From assembly GCA_027451365.1 (NCBI GenBank), contig DAIDJN010000054.1:36333-100332 (forward strand): DNA of 64,000 bases, written 5' to 3'. A program made the position numbers and the translations under genes. Positions 9,465 to 19,923 of the stretch are shown here, piece by piece; positions within the stretch are counted from its first letter, which is position 1; each line of letters starts with the position of its first letter. The notes beneath the pieces were generated by a model. It worked only from the letters and a program-made list of their open reading frames with translations. It had not been told where the DNA came from and made no database searches. Source of the DNA: Phycisphaerales bacterium. GTDB taxonomy: Bacteria; Planctomycetota; Phycisphaerae; WQYP01.

Positions 9465-10478
9465 GTGTGTTTATATTCGGTATCACGCGGAGTGCCAATA
9501 ACCATCGGGAGCCAGCTTAAATCAACTTCTTTGGATGTGGCGCGCATCGGGCTGGACAAAGCCGGGCGGGCGGCGGCATTCCTGCGCGCTTCGGGCGGCG
9601 GCGTCATGGATCTGATCGCCCATTTCTGGGACCGATTGCCCCAAACGCCCCCACTGGCGCGGAATGATCTGCATTTGCTTGTCGCCTGGCGCCCGACGGA
9701 TGGTTCAAGCCCCCCCGGCGGGCCGGAAATTGATTTTTCAACTGTCTCTGGTGCCATGCTGTATGTCCCCAAAGCACATCGGGCTGATGTGCTGGCATTG
9801 AATACCGAGGCGGCCGAAGCGTTCAGCATGTACCTGTCCGGATGGGAACGACTTTTCAGGGCCAAAGAAGGCAGAACAGAGGGAGCCGCAGGTGGCAACG
9901 CAGACAAATTACCAGATTACTATATTCCAATAAACTATATCGCAGGCGAGGCCACGGGCGTGGAAGCCATGCTGCCCCATCTATTGGCTTTGGTGAACAA
10001 GAAGGCCCCTGCCCGCAAAACCGTGAACGTGGTGATGCAGTTTCCTGCGGAAAACGCAGTTCAGCGAAGCGAACGGGTGCGGCAGGCAAAGAATGGTGAT
10101 GAGGTCGCCCTGAACCGTTGGCGCAAGTTGTACAACCAGGAGCGGGGAATTTTGTTTGATGCCGATGTGGACGCCTGGATCGGTTCGGGAAACGTTTTTG
10201 TGTATGAACTGGACAAGCAGGTGGTCGGCGCGGCAAAATTTGATCTGACTCTACCGAATATGGTTGAAATCGGCGGAGTATTCACCTTTCCAGATTTTCG
10301 AAAACGTGGCATTGGTGCGGAACTGGTGCGCGACCTGGTGGCGCGGATTCGCGCGATGGGAAAGTCGCCTTCGCTTCAGGTAGATGTCACCAATGCAGCC
10401 GCGCTTTCGCTTTATCAGAAGGCAGGTTGGAAAATCGCCGGCAGCATGGCGAGGGTTTGGCTGAGTGAAGCACGATAG
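9465..10478 (+). CDS. GNAT family acetyltransferase (FR47-like C-terminal domain); start may lie downstream (e.g. 9606)
   Basis: EIGGVFTFPDFRKRGIG (motif A) and NAAALSLYQKAGW (motif B). Confidence 0.85.
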   Translation: MCLYSVSRGVPITIGSQLKSTSLDVARIGLDKAGRAAAFLRASGGGVMDLIAHFWDRLPQTPPLARNDLHLLVAWRPTDGSSPPGGPEIDFSTVSGAMLYVPKAHRADVLALNTEAAEAFSMYLSGWERLFRAKEGRTEGAAGGNADKLPDYYIPINYIAGEATGVEAMLPHLLALVNKKAPARKTVNVVMQFPAENAVQRSERVRQAKNGDEVALNRWRKLYNQERGILFDADVDAWIGSGNVFVYELDKQVVGAAKFDLTLPNMVEIGGVFTFPDFRKRGIGAELVRDLVARIRAMGKSPSLQVDVTNAAALSLYQKAGWKIAGSMARVWLSEAR

Positions 10479-10539
10479 GCAAATTATCCAATCTCAATTG
10501 AAAAGATTCGTAATAATGTAACAATATTCTTATTACGGA

Positions 10540-10555
10540 TGTTCCACGTGGAACA
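10540..10555. promoter_or_regulatory. parS centromere site 1
   Basis: Perfect palindrome TGTTCCACGTGGAACA matching the bacterial chromosomal parS consensus. Confidence 0.95.
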
Positions 10556-10971
10556 TATGCGGGCGTTCATTTAAATTTGGTTAATCGGCGGCGAACATTG
10601 GCTTTGATAATCAATTGACAGCTAGCTGCGGATAGCGTACCACTTAATTAAGCCAGCAAAGATATATCGCCGATTGATTATTCATCGACATTCGTTGATC
10701 ACCGCGCGGTCAACGATTTTGCGTTCAATTGTGGCGCAGGACAATTATTAAAGGGGGCGGTCAGCCAAAATAAATCTATCTAAGGGAGCAGAACTTCCCT
10801 TAGCTATCGCCGGCCGCCCAATGGCCGAAGGCTTGCCATGCATCAAATTCTGCTATTAGATATATGCCTATGCAACTTGTGATTTGACAAATAGACACAT
10901 CATTGTTTTATGGCCCCCCTACCAAATTTTTCAACGCACCCGCTTGACCCGACTTCAATAATCAACGACAA

Positions 10972-10987
10972 TGTTCCACGTGGAACA
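10972..10987. promoter_or_regulatory. parS centromere site 2
   Basis: Identical TGTTCCACGTGGAACA, about 80 bp upstream of parB. Confidence 0.95.
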
Positions 10988-11065
10988 TACGCATGTGCAT
11001 TTCCACGACGCCGATAAATTTGGCTTAATTGCAAATGAATTAAATGGCTCAAGGAGGTGCCTTTC

Positions 11066-12034
11066 ATGTCTGGAAACAATAAACCACGCCTTGGCCGCGG
11101 GCTGAACGCTTTGCTTAACAATCGGCCAGCAGCCAAACATCCCCCCATCTCGCACGATTCATCCATTATGACTGTGGATGAAGTACTGGCCGGGCCATCA
11201 AACGCCACCGCCCCCCTAGCGACTATTTTACCTGGAGTCCGGGTGCAAGAAATCGCACTTGAACTGATTGATGCAAGTCCAGATCAACCCCGCACTTCCA
11301 TGGACCCTGCCGCGCTGCGCGACTTGGCCAATTCAATTCAAACCCATGGCGTTTTACAACCGGTGTTACTTAAGCCCGTCGGCAGCCGATATCAATTGCT
11401 CGCTGGCCATCGGCGAACAGAAGCCGCGAAAATAGCTGGCCGCAATACAATTCCGGCTTTGGTACGGACGGATTCAACCAGCGAATCTCAAATTGAATGG
11501 GCACTAATTGAAAATATTCAACGTCAAGACCTAAACGCCATTGAACGCGCCAAGGCCTATCGCGTTTACGTAGATCGGTTTGAATTTACCCATCAACAGG
11601 CGGCTCAGCGTCTTGGGGAAGACCGTGCTACAATATCTAACTACCTAAGAATACTTGACTTACAGCCAGAAACGCAGCAGCTTGTGGCGGGGGGGTTGTT
11701 GTCCGCGGGGCACGCCAAAGTGCTGGCTGGAATCGAAGATGCCGCCTGGCAGGTGAAACTAGCCAATTTGGCCGCCACCGATGGCCTGAGCGTTCGCAAA
11801 CTTGAACAGCTTGCCCAGACCGGTTCGCCGGAATCGGTGACTGTCATTGCCGGTGAAGCAGGGGGGAAAAAAGTTAAAAGCCCGCACATTGTTGAAATGG
11901 AACAGGAACTGTCGCGCAAGCTGGGCACCAAGTTGCGCATCACGCCGGCCCGCCGCAAGGGCGCGGGCAAAATCATCATTCAGTATTTTTCCCTGGATGA
12001 CTTTGACCGCATCGCGGAAAAATTATCGTGTTGA
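11066..12034 (+). CDS. parB: Chromosome partitioning protein ParB/Spo0J
   Basis: LGRGLNALL ParA-interaction peptide; QPR; LAGHRR; ALIENIQRQDLNAIE; HTH DRATISNYLRIL; AAGGAGG RBS before ATG 11066. Confidence 0.97.
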   Translation: MSGNNKPRLGRGLNALLNNRPAAKHPPISHDSSIMTVDEVLAGPSNATAPLATILPGVRVQEIALELIDASPDQPRTSMDPAALRDLANSIQTHGVLQPVLLKPVGSRYQLLAGHRRTEAAKIAGRNTIPALVRTDSTSESQIEWALIENIQRQDLNAIERAKAYRVYVDRFEFTHQQAAQRLGEDRATISNYLRILDLQPETQQLVAGGLLSAGHAKVLAGIEDAAWQVKLANLAATDGLSVRKLEQLAQTGSPESVTVIAGEAGGKKVKSPHIVEMEQELSRKLGTKLRITPARRKGAGKIIIQYFSLDDFDRIAEKLSC

Positions 12035-12035
12035 T

Positions 12036-13040
12036 ATGACTACATATAAAGATAAATATGAAAACAGCGGTGGGGGGCCTGAAGTGCCTCCGCGCGCCGA
12101 AGCCCCCGCGCCCCCGGCCATGACACCCGAACCGCCGGAATCCCCCCAACCCCGGAACCCGGAAGCCGCGGCCGTAACCCGCACCGTCATGGACTGGCTG
12201 CGGTCGGAATACCCAAATGCCAAAAAAGGCACACTGCGCAAATTAATAGAAAATCATGCCGTGATGCTCAACGGCCGCGCAGTCCGGTCTCTTAAGCAAC
12301 CGCTGGCACCGGCGGACAGGCCCACCGTGGGCGGCAGCAACCGTCGCGAGCCGCCTTTCCGCGGCGGTCTGAAAATTATATATCAGGATGCGGATATCCT
12401 GATTATCCGCAAACCCGCCGGACTGCTGACTTCCACCACGGAAGACGAACCGCGACCGACCGTGCTGGCACTTCTGCAGGAACGCATCGCCCGCAAGAAT
12501 CAGAAAATGTCTGTTCATCTGGTGCACAGGCTGGACCGCGACGCTTCAGGTCTGCTGGTGCTGGCCCGCGGCATCCGCCCGCTGGCCAATCTTAAAATGC
12601 AATTCCGCCGCCACACCATCACGCGCGAATATGAACTGGTTGTGCACGGTGTCCCTCAGCCCGCCAAGGGGCGACTGGAACATCGGCTGCTGGAAACTCC
12701 CGCCGCGCGCATGATCGTTTGCGGCCCTGACGAAGGAAAGCCCGCGATTCTGGATTACGAGGTTCTGCAATCACATGGTGGCCGATCCCTCATCCGGTGT
12801 CGCCTGTTCACCGGGCGCAAACATCAGATCCGCGCGCAGTTTGCCGCCATCGGCAACCGCCTTGTGGGCGATCCGGTGTACGGCACGCCGGCGGGCCGCA
12901 AGGGGGGTGAAGGGCGTCTGGCCCTGCACGCCGTGCGGCTGGAACTTAATCACCCGCGGAGTGGAAAGTCTGTGAATTTTACCAGCCCACTGCCGGATGC
13001 GATTGTCGCCCAGCTTAAGGGCGCCGGTCGCCCCGGCTGA
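12036..13040 (+). CDS. RluA/RluD family pseudouridine synthase
   Basis: KPAGL, VHRLDRDASG, TGRKHQIR, GDPVYG and LALHA motifs, with an S4-like N-terminus. Confidence 0.93.
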   Translation: MTTYKDKYENSGGGPEVPPRAEAPAPPAMTPEPPESPQPRNPEAAAVTRTVMDWLRSEYPNAKKGTLRKLIENHAVMLNGRAVRSLKQPLAPADRPTVGGSNRREPPFRGGLKIIYQDADILIIRKPAGLLTSTTEDEPRPTVLALLQERIARKNQKMSVHLVHRLDRDASGLLVLARGIRPLANLKMQFRRHTITREYELVVHGVPQPAKGRLEHRLLETPAARMIVCGPDEGKPAILDYEVLQSHGGRSLIRCRLFTGRKHQIRAQFAAIGNRLVGDPVYGTPAGRKGGEGRLALHAVRLELNHPRSGKSVNFTSPLPDAIVAQLKGAGRPG

Positions 13041-13178
13041 GCGGGAGAGTGCGGGTGCCCTGTCCTTTATAGTTTCGGTGCTGCTTGGTTTTGTAAGGCA
13101 CGGTCGAGAATGCTTCCGGGCGCTTTGCGTCGGAGCCATATTGCTGACCCATTGGCGACGCCCGTGGTGCCATGCGGC

Positions 13179-13860
13179 TTATTTCTGCAGGGATGCGGAC
13201 ATGGACGCCACGATATTGAACGCCCGTTCTACATCAAATCCGGAAAAATCGGCTGCCCGCAGTACAGGTCTCAATTGCGGTTCAACCTGCTGCCGCAGCG
13301 TGGCCAGTCGCATAGCGGAAATGTTGACTGGATCATTTCCTGGTATGGCCAGTTTTTGCCGCACAAGTCCAATCGTATCCGGAGTTTCGGGCTTTATCCC
13401 AAGCTTTTGTACCGCGTAATCAAGGTCGAAAAAATCGCGCACGGCCACTTGTCGCCGTGCCAGCGCGGCCCGAAATTTCTCTGCGAACGCCTCCAGCCGT
13501 GAAATGCGGTTGATGGCCACCGGGGCAATCAGTGAATTGATCGAAATCGGATCTCGCAGGATCGTTCGCACGGAGCCGTTGACGGTGTCAAGAAGCAGCG
13601 GCTCGCGCAAGGCTACTTCAAGTTTGATGGTATCGCTTTGCGATTCCACCAACGGCGTATATCCGATCTGGCAGATAAAGACCCCTGCGCGCCCGCGTCA
13701 TCAGGCCGCCCCTCGCCAGACGGCTCAGGAGTTTGCGTTCATGCTCCGGTTGCATGCGCAGTACCGACGTGGTCAGGTCTCCAGTGCGCAGTGTCCGCAG
13801 TTTGCGCATCTGGATATTCGCAAAAAACTGAGTTTCAAGTGGCCCAAGGTGTCGCTTCGT
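13179..13860 (-). pseudogene. Decayed AbiE-type (type IV) toxin-antitoxin locus: AbiEi N-terminal fragment joined to an AbiEii C-terminal fragment
   Basis: 13860-13660 reads (ACG)KRHLGPLETQFFANIQMRKLRTLRTGDL...LLSRLARGGLMTRARRGLYL (AbiEi-like wHTH, start codon ACG). 13652-13179 reads IKLEVALRE...EAFAEKFRAALARRQVAVRDFFDL (AbiEii-like) and lacks the N-terminal GGT/SxDxD motifs. Confidence 0.75.
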
Positions 13861-14079
13861 AGCCGTATTATATTATCAGGTAAATACCATGGAAAAGCAT
13901 TATCAATAAATACCATACGGGCTTGAAATCCGCTCGAAAGGGGCAGGGAGCGGGCGTTTAAATGTTGAAGTTCCATGACCTGTCCCATTGCTCTAAAGAA
14001 TCTTTCAATCATTATTTCAGTGGTCAAATATGTCCAAACCCATCCATCAACCGTCGTGTGGATGACGTGATCGGGGTCT

Positions 14080-15219
14080 TTAACCGCCGCGCTTTCCGGC
14101 AATTGTTGCCAGATTCTGCGCTGCGGCCTGCGCCCATTGGGGGTCTTTGGCCGCGGCTTGAAAGCTTTGCCGCGCCGCGTCCATTTTGCCCAGATGGACA
14201 TAACAGATGCCCAGGTCCAGCAGTGTCTGGCCGCCAAGAATGCCGCTTTCAAATGAGGGTATTGGTTGCCAGTTTCCGTCCGCGGCCAACCGCAGAATAT
14301 TTTCCAAAGTCCCGGCCGCTTCGGCCAGGCGCCCCTGCTTAAATTGCCAGTTGGCCCGGCGCCACAACAATGGCGGCCAGCGCGGAAACCAGCGGGCCGC
14401 GATCTGATGTAAATGTTCCAATGGCAGGCCTGAATCAAATTCGCCGCGGCTTTGCCGCACCAGAATCGAATCCAGCAGCGGCCCGACCATCGGCTCGGCA
14501 GGGGGGGTGGCTTGTCGCACCTGCCCAAGCACCTGCTCCCAGGCCTGTAAAAGATAGGTTCCGCTACGGGAGTCACCCATTTTCAGGAGCGCCTGTGAAA
14601 GTCGTATCTGATAAAACAGTTGTCCGGGCCGATCAGCCAGTTCCATTTCCATCAGTCGAATGTTGCGCCGCAGTTTGTCCGACTCGTCGGCGGTATTGTA
14701 ACCATCATGAAAGATTCGTATGTTCGCCCGTCTGATTTCCAAGCCCAGTCGGGCTGCGGTTGCCTCCAGCGGCGGCACAAAATGCTCATGCACCCGGCCG
14801 GTCAGCCGAATATCTGGTCCGGCACGAAAAATTCGCGGCAGGGGGGTTGGACTGAATTTTGGAATGCCCTCCGGGCCGGAAACGTCGGTTATATCGCACA
14901 ACCATGACAGCACGTTCGAGTTGCCCAGGCAATGGGCCAATGCCGCCGACGAACCGCTATCCAACCATTCGTCAGCATCCAGCCAGAAAATCCAATCCCC
15001 GGAAGCCCTGCCGAAGGTGGCATTGCGTGCCGCGGAAAAATCCTCCCGCCAGGGATATTCAAAACTCTTCAATAGCGGCACAGGCTTGATGTATTGCAGA
15101 AAATCGAGGCCCGCGGTGGCGGCTATAACGATTTCATCGGCAATTCCGGAAACCGACGCCAATGCCCGCGGCAGTTGTCCCGTCTTCTGCCCCACTATCA
15201 TGCAAACCGATAACCGCAT
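14080..15219 (-). CDS. GT2 glycosyltransferase with C-terminal TPRs
   Basis: LSVCMIV, DFSAARN, WIFWLDADE, GRVHE and HDGY motifs, followed by TPR-like helices. Confidence 0.9.
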   Translation of the reverse strand: MRLSVCMIVGQKTGQLPRALASVSGIADEIVIAATAGLDFLQYIKPVPLLKSFEYPWREDFSAARNATFGRASGDWIFWLDADEWLDSGSSAALAHCLGNSNVLSWLCDITDVSGPEGIPKFSPTPLPRIFRAGPDIRLTGRVHEHFVPPLEATAARLGLEIRRANIRIFHDGYNTADESDKLRRNIRLMEMELADRPGQLFYQIRLSQALLKMGDSRSGTYLLQAWEQVLGQVRQATPPAEPMVGPLLDSILVRQSRGEFDSGLPLEHLHQIAARWFPRWPPLLWRRANWQFKQGRLAEAAGTLENILRLAADGNWQPIPSFESGILGGQTLLDLGICYVHLGKMDAARQSFQAAAKDPQWAQAAAQNLATIAGKRGG

Positions 15220-15375
15220 AAGCCCCGCGCATTTTCAAATGAATCGGTTAGCCCATCCACGGCCATTCGGACAGAGCGCCCGGTCCGACCGCTCGCATCA
15301 GGCCCATTCATATCCATGAGGATAATGTTAAATGACGCCTTGGCAACCAATATGCAGTCCGATGGGGGCATCGCG

Positions 15376-18300
15376 TCAGCGTCCGGCAATTCTCCGTCGT
15401 GCCAGCAGCGCCAACCCACCAACAGCAATAATCGCCAGTGCCGCGGGTTCAGGCGTAGACGCCGGTGTAACCGTGAAACTTGCCTGCGGCGTATTGAATT
15501 CAAGCTGAACGGCAAAGGGATTGGTACCGGGGACGATGTTGCCGATGGAGAACGTCGTCGCACCGCCGCCCGCCAGGCTGCTGAAATCAAACGTGTTGGT
15601 AGAGCCTGCATCGCCGCCGAAACCCGTATATGTGGTACCGTCCACGGTTATCGTCAGGTTGTCATAGCCGGATCGGAACGCATCAATTTTTGTAAACAAT
15701 GCCCCGGATGTCATGGTATAAACCAGCGTTTCCCCGGCCGGATCGATCCAGCTTCCGCTGTAAACGTTGCTGAAACTTTCGCCGCCGTTGCCAAGGGCCG
15801 TGCCTATTTTCGCTGTGCCCGGACTGCCGCCGCCGCCGGGCGTGAATGCGAAGTTGGACAAAATAACTTCGTTGGGCTGACTGGCACCGGGACCATAGCT
15901 GACATTAAAGCTTCCAAAGCCATCAGTCGTTTCCACCGTTCCGCCGGAAATCGCGTTGCTGAAACTGCCGGTGATTCCGCCGGTGGCCTTAATGATGGTG
16001 AAAGAGTCCCCGGATGTGATGGTTTTCTGGAAATTATTAACGAATTGCACACCAAGCTGGCCGCCAGCGGTCATGGTCCCGCCGATCACCAGGTAATCGT
16101 AACCGTTGCTGGCGGTACCCTGGCCGGTACCCCCAATATGGAAATCAGTAGATGCGTTTGAGCTTCCGGAGTAATTATTGACGATAGTAAAAACACCGGC
16201 CACCCCGCTAAGTCCGCCACCGTATTGCGGATTGCCGGGACCAAAACTTCCACCCGTGTTATAAAAGCTTCCGGAAAAACTTCCGCCGTCGCCACCGCCG
16301 AATCCATATCCTCCACCCAGAGTAAAATTGCCGCCAAATAGAACGCCGCCACCACCACCACCACCACCACCGCCACCGCCACCACCGCCAAAATAAGTGA
16401 CGCCCGCAGTTTGGGTGTAATTGGTATGCACGTAAAGCGTCCCGCCGTTGGTCGCCTCCAGCGTACCTGAATTCGTGACCGTGCCGTAAATATTCAGCGT
16501 CTGGCCATTTACATCGGCATCAATCGTGCCGGTGTTGACCAGGCCGACATTGTAATTTCCGGCAGGATCTCCAATCGTGCCGGCACCCTGAATAATACTG
16601 TTGTTGGTCAGTGAATCGGTGCCCTGGAAATCGGCACCCTGCAATAGAGCGGCACTCCCGTTGTTATCATTCAGTTGAAGGACGCCACTGCCGTTCAGCA
16701 CGACATTTCCTGAAATGGACAGTAGTTCACCGCTGTGAAAAATCATGGTGCCGGAATTGTTGATGGTTCCTTTGAGCGTCAGTCCGCCACTGTAGATGCC
16801 GCTGTTTAATGCGTTTAAATTTCCGTTCAGCGTCACTGGCGTCGTGGTTCCATCCAGCGTGCCGGAGTTTGCGTAAATTTGGGAATTTGCATCGGTGGTC
16901 AGCGTTCCGCCCTGCACGATACCGCCATTAAGCGCTACACTTCCGCCGCCGGTGGCCGACAGGCTGCCACCCAGAATCGTGGCCCGGTCAAGATTCAGTA
17001 CCGAGCCGGTGCCGGAGGCCAGAATGTTGCCACTGCTGTTGGCAATCAGACTGCCGCCAAGGTCCAGAGTAGCGCCACCGGTGGCCTCAAGCGTGCCGGA
17101 ATTGGTAATACCGCTGTTTCCGCCATTGGAATAGATGTAAAGGGTTGCACCGCTGACATTTGCATTGACCGTGCCGGAATTATTTAACAGGAAGCTGTTG
17201 GAAAAGCCGACGATACGGCCCGCTCCGGAAATAGTCGCTTGGTTGGTAAGCGTACTGTTAGAATCGTACCCTTCCAAATAACTTCCCGAAGCCATGATTA
17301 TACCGCCTGAGCCGGAAAGCGTCGTGGCACCGCGAAAATCAACGGTGCCCGCGCCATAACCGCCGCCAGCCGGGAGCGTGGAAAGCGATCCATCAAGCGT
17401 GATATTTCCGGAAAGATCGAGTGTGTCCGACGGGTTGACGGAAAAATTCGATGCCAGCGTCAGAGGCGAAACCGACCCATCGAATCGCGTCGTCTGATAG
17501 TGGCCCGAACCAAAAATCTTAATGACACCACCCGCCACCTCGTTTAACGTTCCCCCCTGCACTTGTGACCCGTTCAATGCCACAACCGAGCCGGTGCCGC
17601 TGGCCAGTATGGTGCCACCCCCATCGCCGATAATGGCGTTGGAGGCAAATGCCAACGTGCCGCCGTTAGTCGCCTCGAGTGTGCCGGTGTTGGTGAAACT
17701 GTTCGCCCCACCCAGCAGGAGTGTCTTGCCGGTAGCGTTGGCATCCACGGTGCCGGAATTCGCGAAACTGTTAAGATCAAAATTCGTCGCGCTGGAATTT
17801 CCCACCGTGCCCGAACCTTGAACTGTTCCTTGATTAATCAGCGAATCACTGATGTTTGTTGGGCTGCCACCCAGAAAAGCCGTATTTCCGCCATTGTCGG
17901 CCAGGGTAATCGTTCCCTTGCCGGCAATGGTCGTAGGCCCGTTGATGTACAGCCAGGTGGCGTCACCGGTGCTGGTAATGTTGATCTGCCCGTTATTGGT
18001 AATAGTTCCCTGCAGCGTCAGCGAATACGCCGCCGTGGCGGATCCGCTGTCGGCCACATTAATTGTTGAGTTATTCGTCAGCCCGCCGGTGGGCGTGCCA
18101 TCCAGAGTGGCCGAGGTAGCCACGAAGGACCCATTGCCCGCCAGGGAACCTCCGCCAACCGTAATGGCGAACAACTGAACCGTTGTGCCCGAATCGGCCT
18201 GAATTGTGCCGCCACCGTTGGCCAGCGGCCCTGTCCCGGTAAATTCCAGTGAACCATTTTGCACTTCCACCAATCCGGCATTGGTTAAATCGGCGGCATA

Positions 18301-19923
18301 AAGAAAACTGCTGCCTGTGGTGTTCATATGGCCGCCAGTCAGGATGTCAATGGAATCGTTGAGATTTGAGGCGGCATTCTGATTTAATGTTCCGCCGGCG
18401 TACACGGTGATGGTTCCACCATACAGATCTGCATTGGTGGTCAGGGTTAATGTACCGGTGCCAGCAGCGCCGGTCGCGGTGCCGCCGACAAAAATGGACT
18501 TTGCACTTATAGTCCCATCAGAAGTTACATTTCCGTTAGAACCGGCTTGCGCGCCGATAAACATTTGATTGATTGCGACATCGGCCCCGGTACCTAAAGT
18601 CAGACTGCCGCTGCCGGTATTCCCGACAATCAGATTATTGTTGGGGACATCCAGAGTTTGTCCAGACCCCAGCGAAAGACTTGTCCCCAGCGGACCGCCG
18701 GTGTCAATGATCAGGTCTGAATTGGTGATGCTTAATTTACCACCGGTGAACACAATAGTTCCGCCACCGTTGGTCAGGGCACCGGTATCCAGTTCGCCGC
18801 CGGAAATGGTCAATGAAGCTCCAGTGGCGACATTTGTGGTGCCGGAAATGGTCAATATCTGGCCGGGAACGGTTTGCGGGGTCGCGCCGGTATATGGAAC
18901 GTATGTAGTGGAATTCAGCGTGACCGCCGAGCCGAGCAGTCCGCCTCCGCCAACGGTTAAATTGCTGTTGGTTAAATCCAGTGTGCCGCCGGCAAAATTC
19001 AGCGTGCCGGAATTGATGATCGATGCGGTCCTTAGTTCTCCACTGTTTAAAGTGACCGTGGATCCGCTGTAAATGGTGGTCGCACCGGTGACCTGTACGC
19101 CATAGGAGCTGCTTCCATACAGGCCATTGCTGCCGTTAATAAGCAATGTGCCCGCACCACCGCCGCCGATGGAGCTGCCGCCCACATACAGATTTCCGGT
19201 CACATTTAGGCCCGATGCGCTTCCGCCGCCACTGCATCCTCCGACATTGCTCATTTCAATATCTACTTTGCCAATCGAACCGGTCAGCGCGGCAATATCC
19301 ACATCTCCACCGACGCTGGCGTAACCCGAGTTAACGGTTAAGGTGCCATTGCCGCCATAGCCGACAGCCATCGATCCGGAAAGCCGCAAGGCGTTACCGC
19401 CAAAACTGGTGCCCGGGTTGCCAATGTTCATAACGCCCACACTGCCGCTGCTTTCGCCAATGGTGGCGTTCACGCCGGAAACCGGTTCAAATCCGCTGGT
19501 TCCCAGGGTTAAGGTTGCCGCAGTGTCGGTGGCACTATCGCCGACAACAAGCGATTCATTTCCTGAACCGATTCCACCTGTTCCACTCAGGGTGTAAATA
19601 TATCCACCGGACGCGAGGCTGACGGTGTTGTTATCCACAAGCATCTGGCTGGAATAGGTGGCGGCACCAAGCGATACGGTATAGGCGCTTCCCGTACCAA
19701 GATCGAACACCGCGATATTCGCCGCCGTCGGCACGCTGCCCGTGCTCCAGTTGCCGGTGGTTTGAAACATGCCATTGCCCGCATTGCCGGTCCAGTTATC
19801 GGGTGTCGACGGCGTCACCGACGAGGCGATGGCCGGTCCGGAAATTGCAATTGCGGCGGCGAGGCTTAATAAACCAAGGCGACGGCCGGAAATTTCGGAT
19901 TTAAACGACAAGTCGGTTCGCAT
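15376..19923 (-). CDS. Large Gly/Thr/Ser/Asn-rich beta-repeat surface protein with PEP-CTERM sorting signal
   Basis: Signal peptide; repeated NSGTLEATNGGTL and autotransporter-passenger-like strands; C-terminus TPEPAALAIIAVGGLALLARRR. Confidence 0.9.
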   Translation of the reverse strand: MRTDLSFKSEISGRRLGLLSLAAAIAISGPAIASSVTPSTPDNWTGNAGNGMFQTTGNWSTGSVPTAANIAVFDLGTGSAYTVSLGAATYSSQMLVDNNTVSLASGGYIYTLSGTGGIGSGNESLVVGDSATDTAATLTLGTSGFEPVSGVNATIGESSGSVGVMNIGNPGTSFGGNALRLSGSMAVGYGGNGTLTVNSGYASVGGDVDIAALTGSIGKVDIEMSNVGGCSGGGSASGLNVTGNLYVGGSSIGGGGAGTLLINGSNGLYGSSSYGVQVTGATTIYSGSTVTLNSGELRTASIINSGTLNFAGGTLDLTNSNLTVGGGGLLGSAVTLNSTTYVPYTGATPQTVPGQILTISGTTNVATGASLTISGGELDTGALTNGGGTIVFTGGKLSITNSDLIIDTGGPLGTSLSLGSGQTLDVPNNNLIVGNTGSGSLTLGTGADVAINQMFIGAQAGSNGNVTSDGTISAKSIFVGGTATGAAGTGTLTLTTNADLYGGTITVYAGGTLNQNAASNLNDSIDILTGGHMNTTGSSFLYAADLTNAGLVEVQNGSLEFTGTGPLANGGGTIQADSGTTVQLFAITVGGGSLAGNGSFVATSATLDGTPTGGLTNNSTINVADSGSATAAYSLTLQGTITNNGQINITSTGDATWLYINGPTTIAGKGTITLADNGGNTAFLGGSPTNISDSLINQGTVQGSGTVGNSSATNFDLNSFANSGTVDANATGKTLLLGGANSFTNTGTLEATNGGTLAFASNAIIGDGGGTILASGTGSVVALNGSQVQGGTLNEVAGGVIKIFGSGHYQTTRFDGSVSPLTLASNFSVNPSDTLDLSGNITLDGSLSTLPAGGGYGAGTVDFRGATTLSGSGGIIMASGSYLEGYDSNSTLTNQATISGAGRIVGFSNSFLLNNSGTVNANVSGATLYIYSNGGNSGITNSGTLEATGGATLDLGGSLIANSSGNILASGTGSVLNLDRATILGGSLSATGGGSVALNGGIVQGGTLTTDANSQIYANSGTLDGTTTPVTLNGNLNALNSGIYSGGLTLKGTINNSGTMIFHSGELLSISGNVVLNGSGVLQLNDNNGSAALLQGADFQGTDSLTNNSIIQGAGTIGDPAGNYNVGLVNTGTIDADVNGQTLNIYGTVTNSGTLEATNGGTLYVHTNYTQTAGVTYFGGGGGGGGGGGGGGGVLFGGNFTLGGGYGFGGGDGGSFSGSFYNTGGSFGPGNPQYGGGLSGVAGVFTIVNNYSGSSNASTDFHIGGTGQGTASNGYDYLVIGGTMTAGGQLGVQFVNNFQKTITSGDSFTIIKATGGITGSFSNAISGGTVETTDGFGSFNVSYGPGASQPNEVILSNFAFTPGGGGSPGTAKIGTALGNGGESFSNVYSGSWIDPAGETLVYTMTSGALFTKIDAFRSGYDNLTITVDGTTYTGFGGDAGSTNTFDFSSLAGGGATTFSIGNIVPGTNPFAVQLEFNTPQASFTVTPASTPEPAALAIIAVGGLALLARRRIAGR
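16345..16389 (-). repeat. Poly-glycine trinucleotide tract (15 GGY codons)
   Basis: gccgccaccaccaccaccaccaccaccgccaccgccaccaccgcc on the + strand. Confidence 0.9.

Noticed and set aside
19631..19639. Perfect DnaA box TTATCCACA
   Set aside because: It is a single copy inside a coding sequence, with no cluster.
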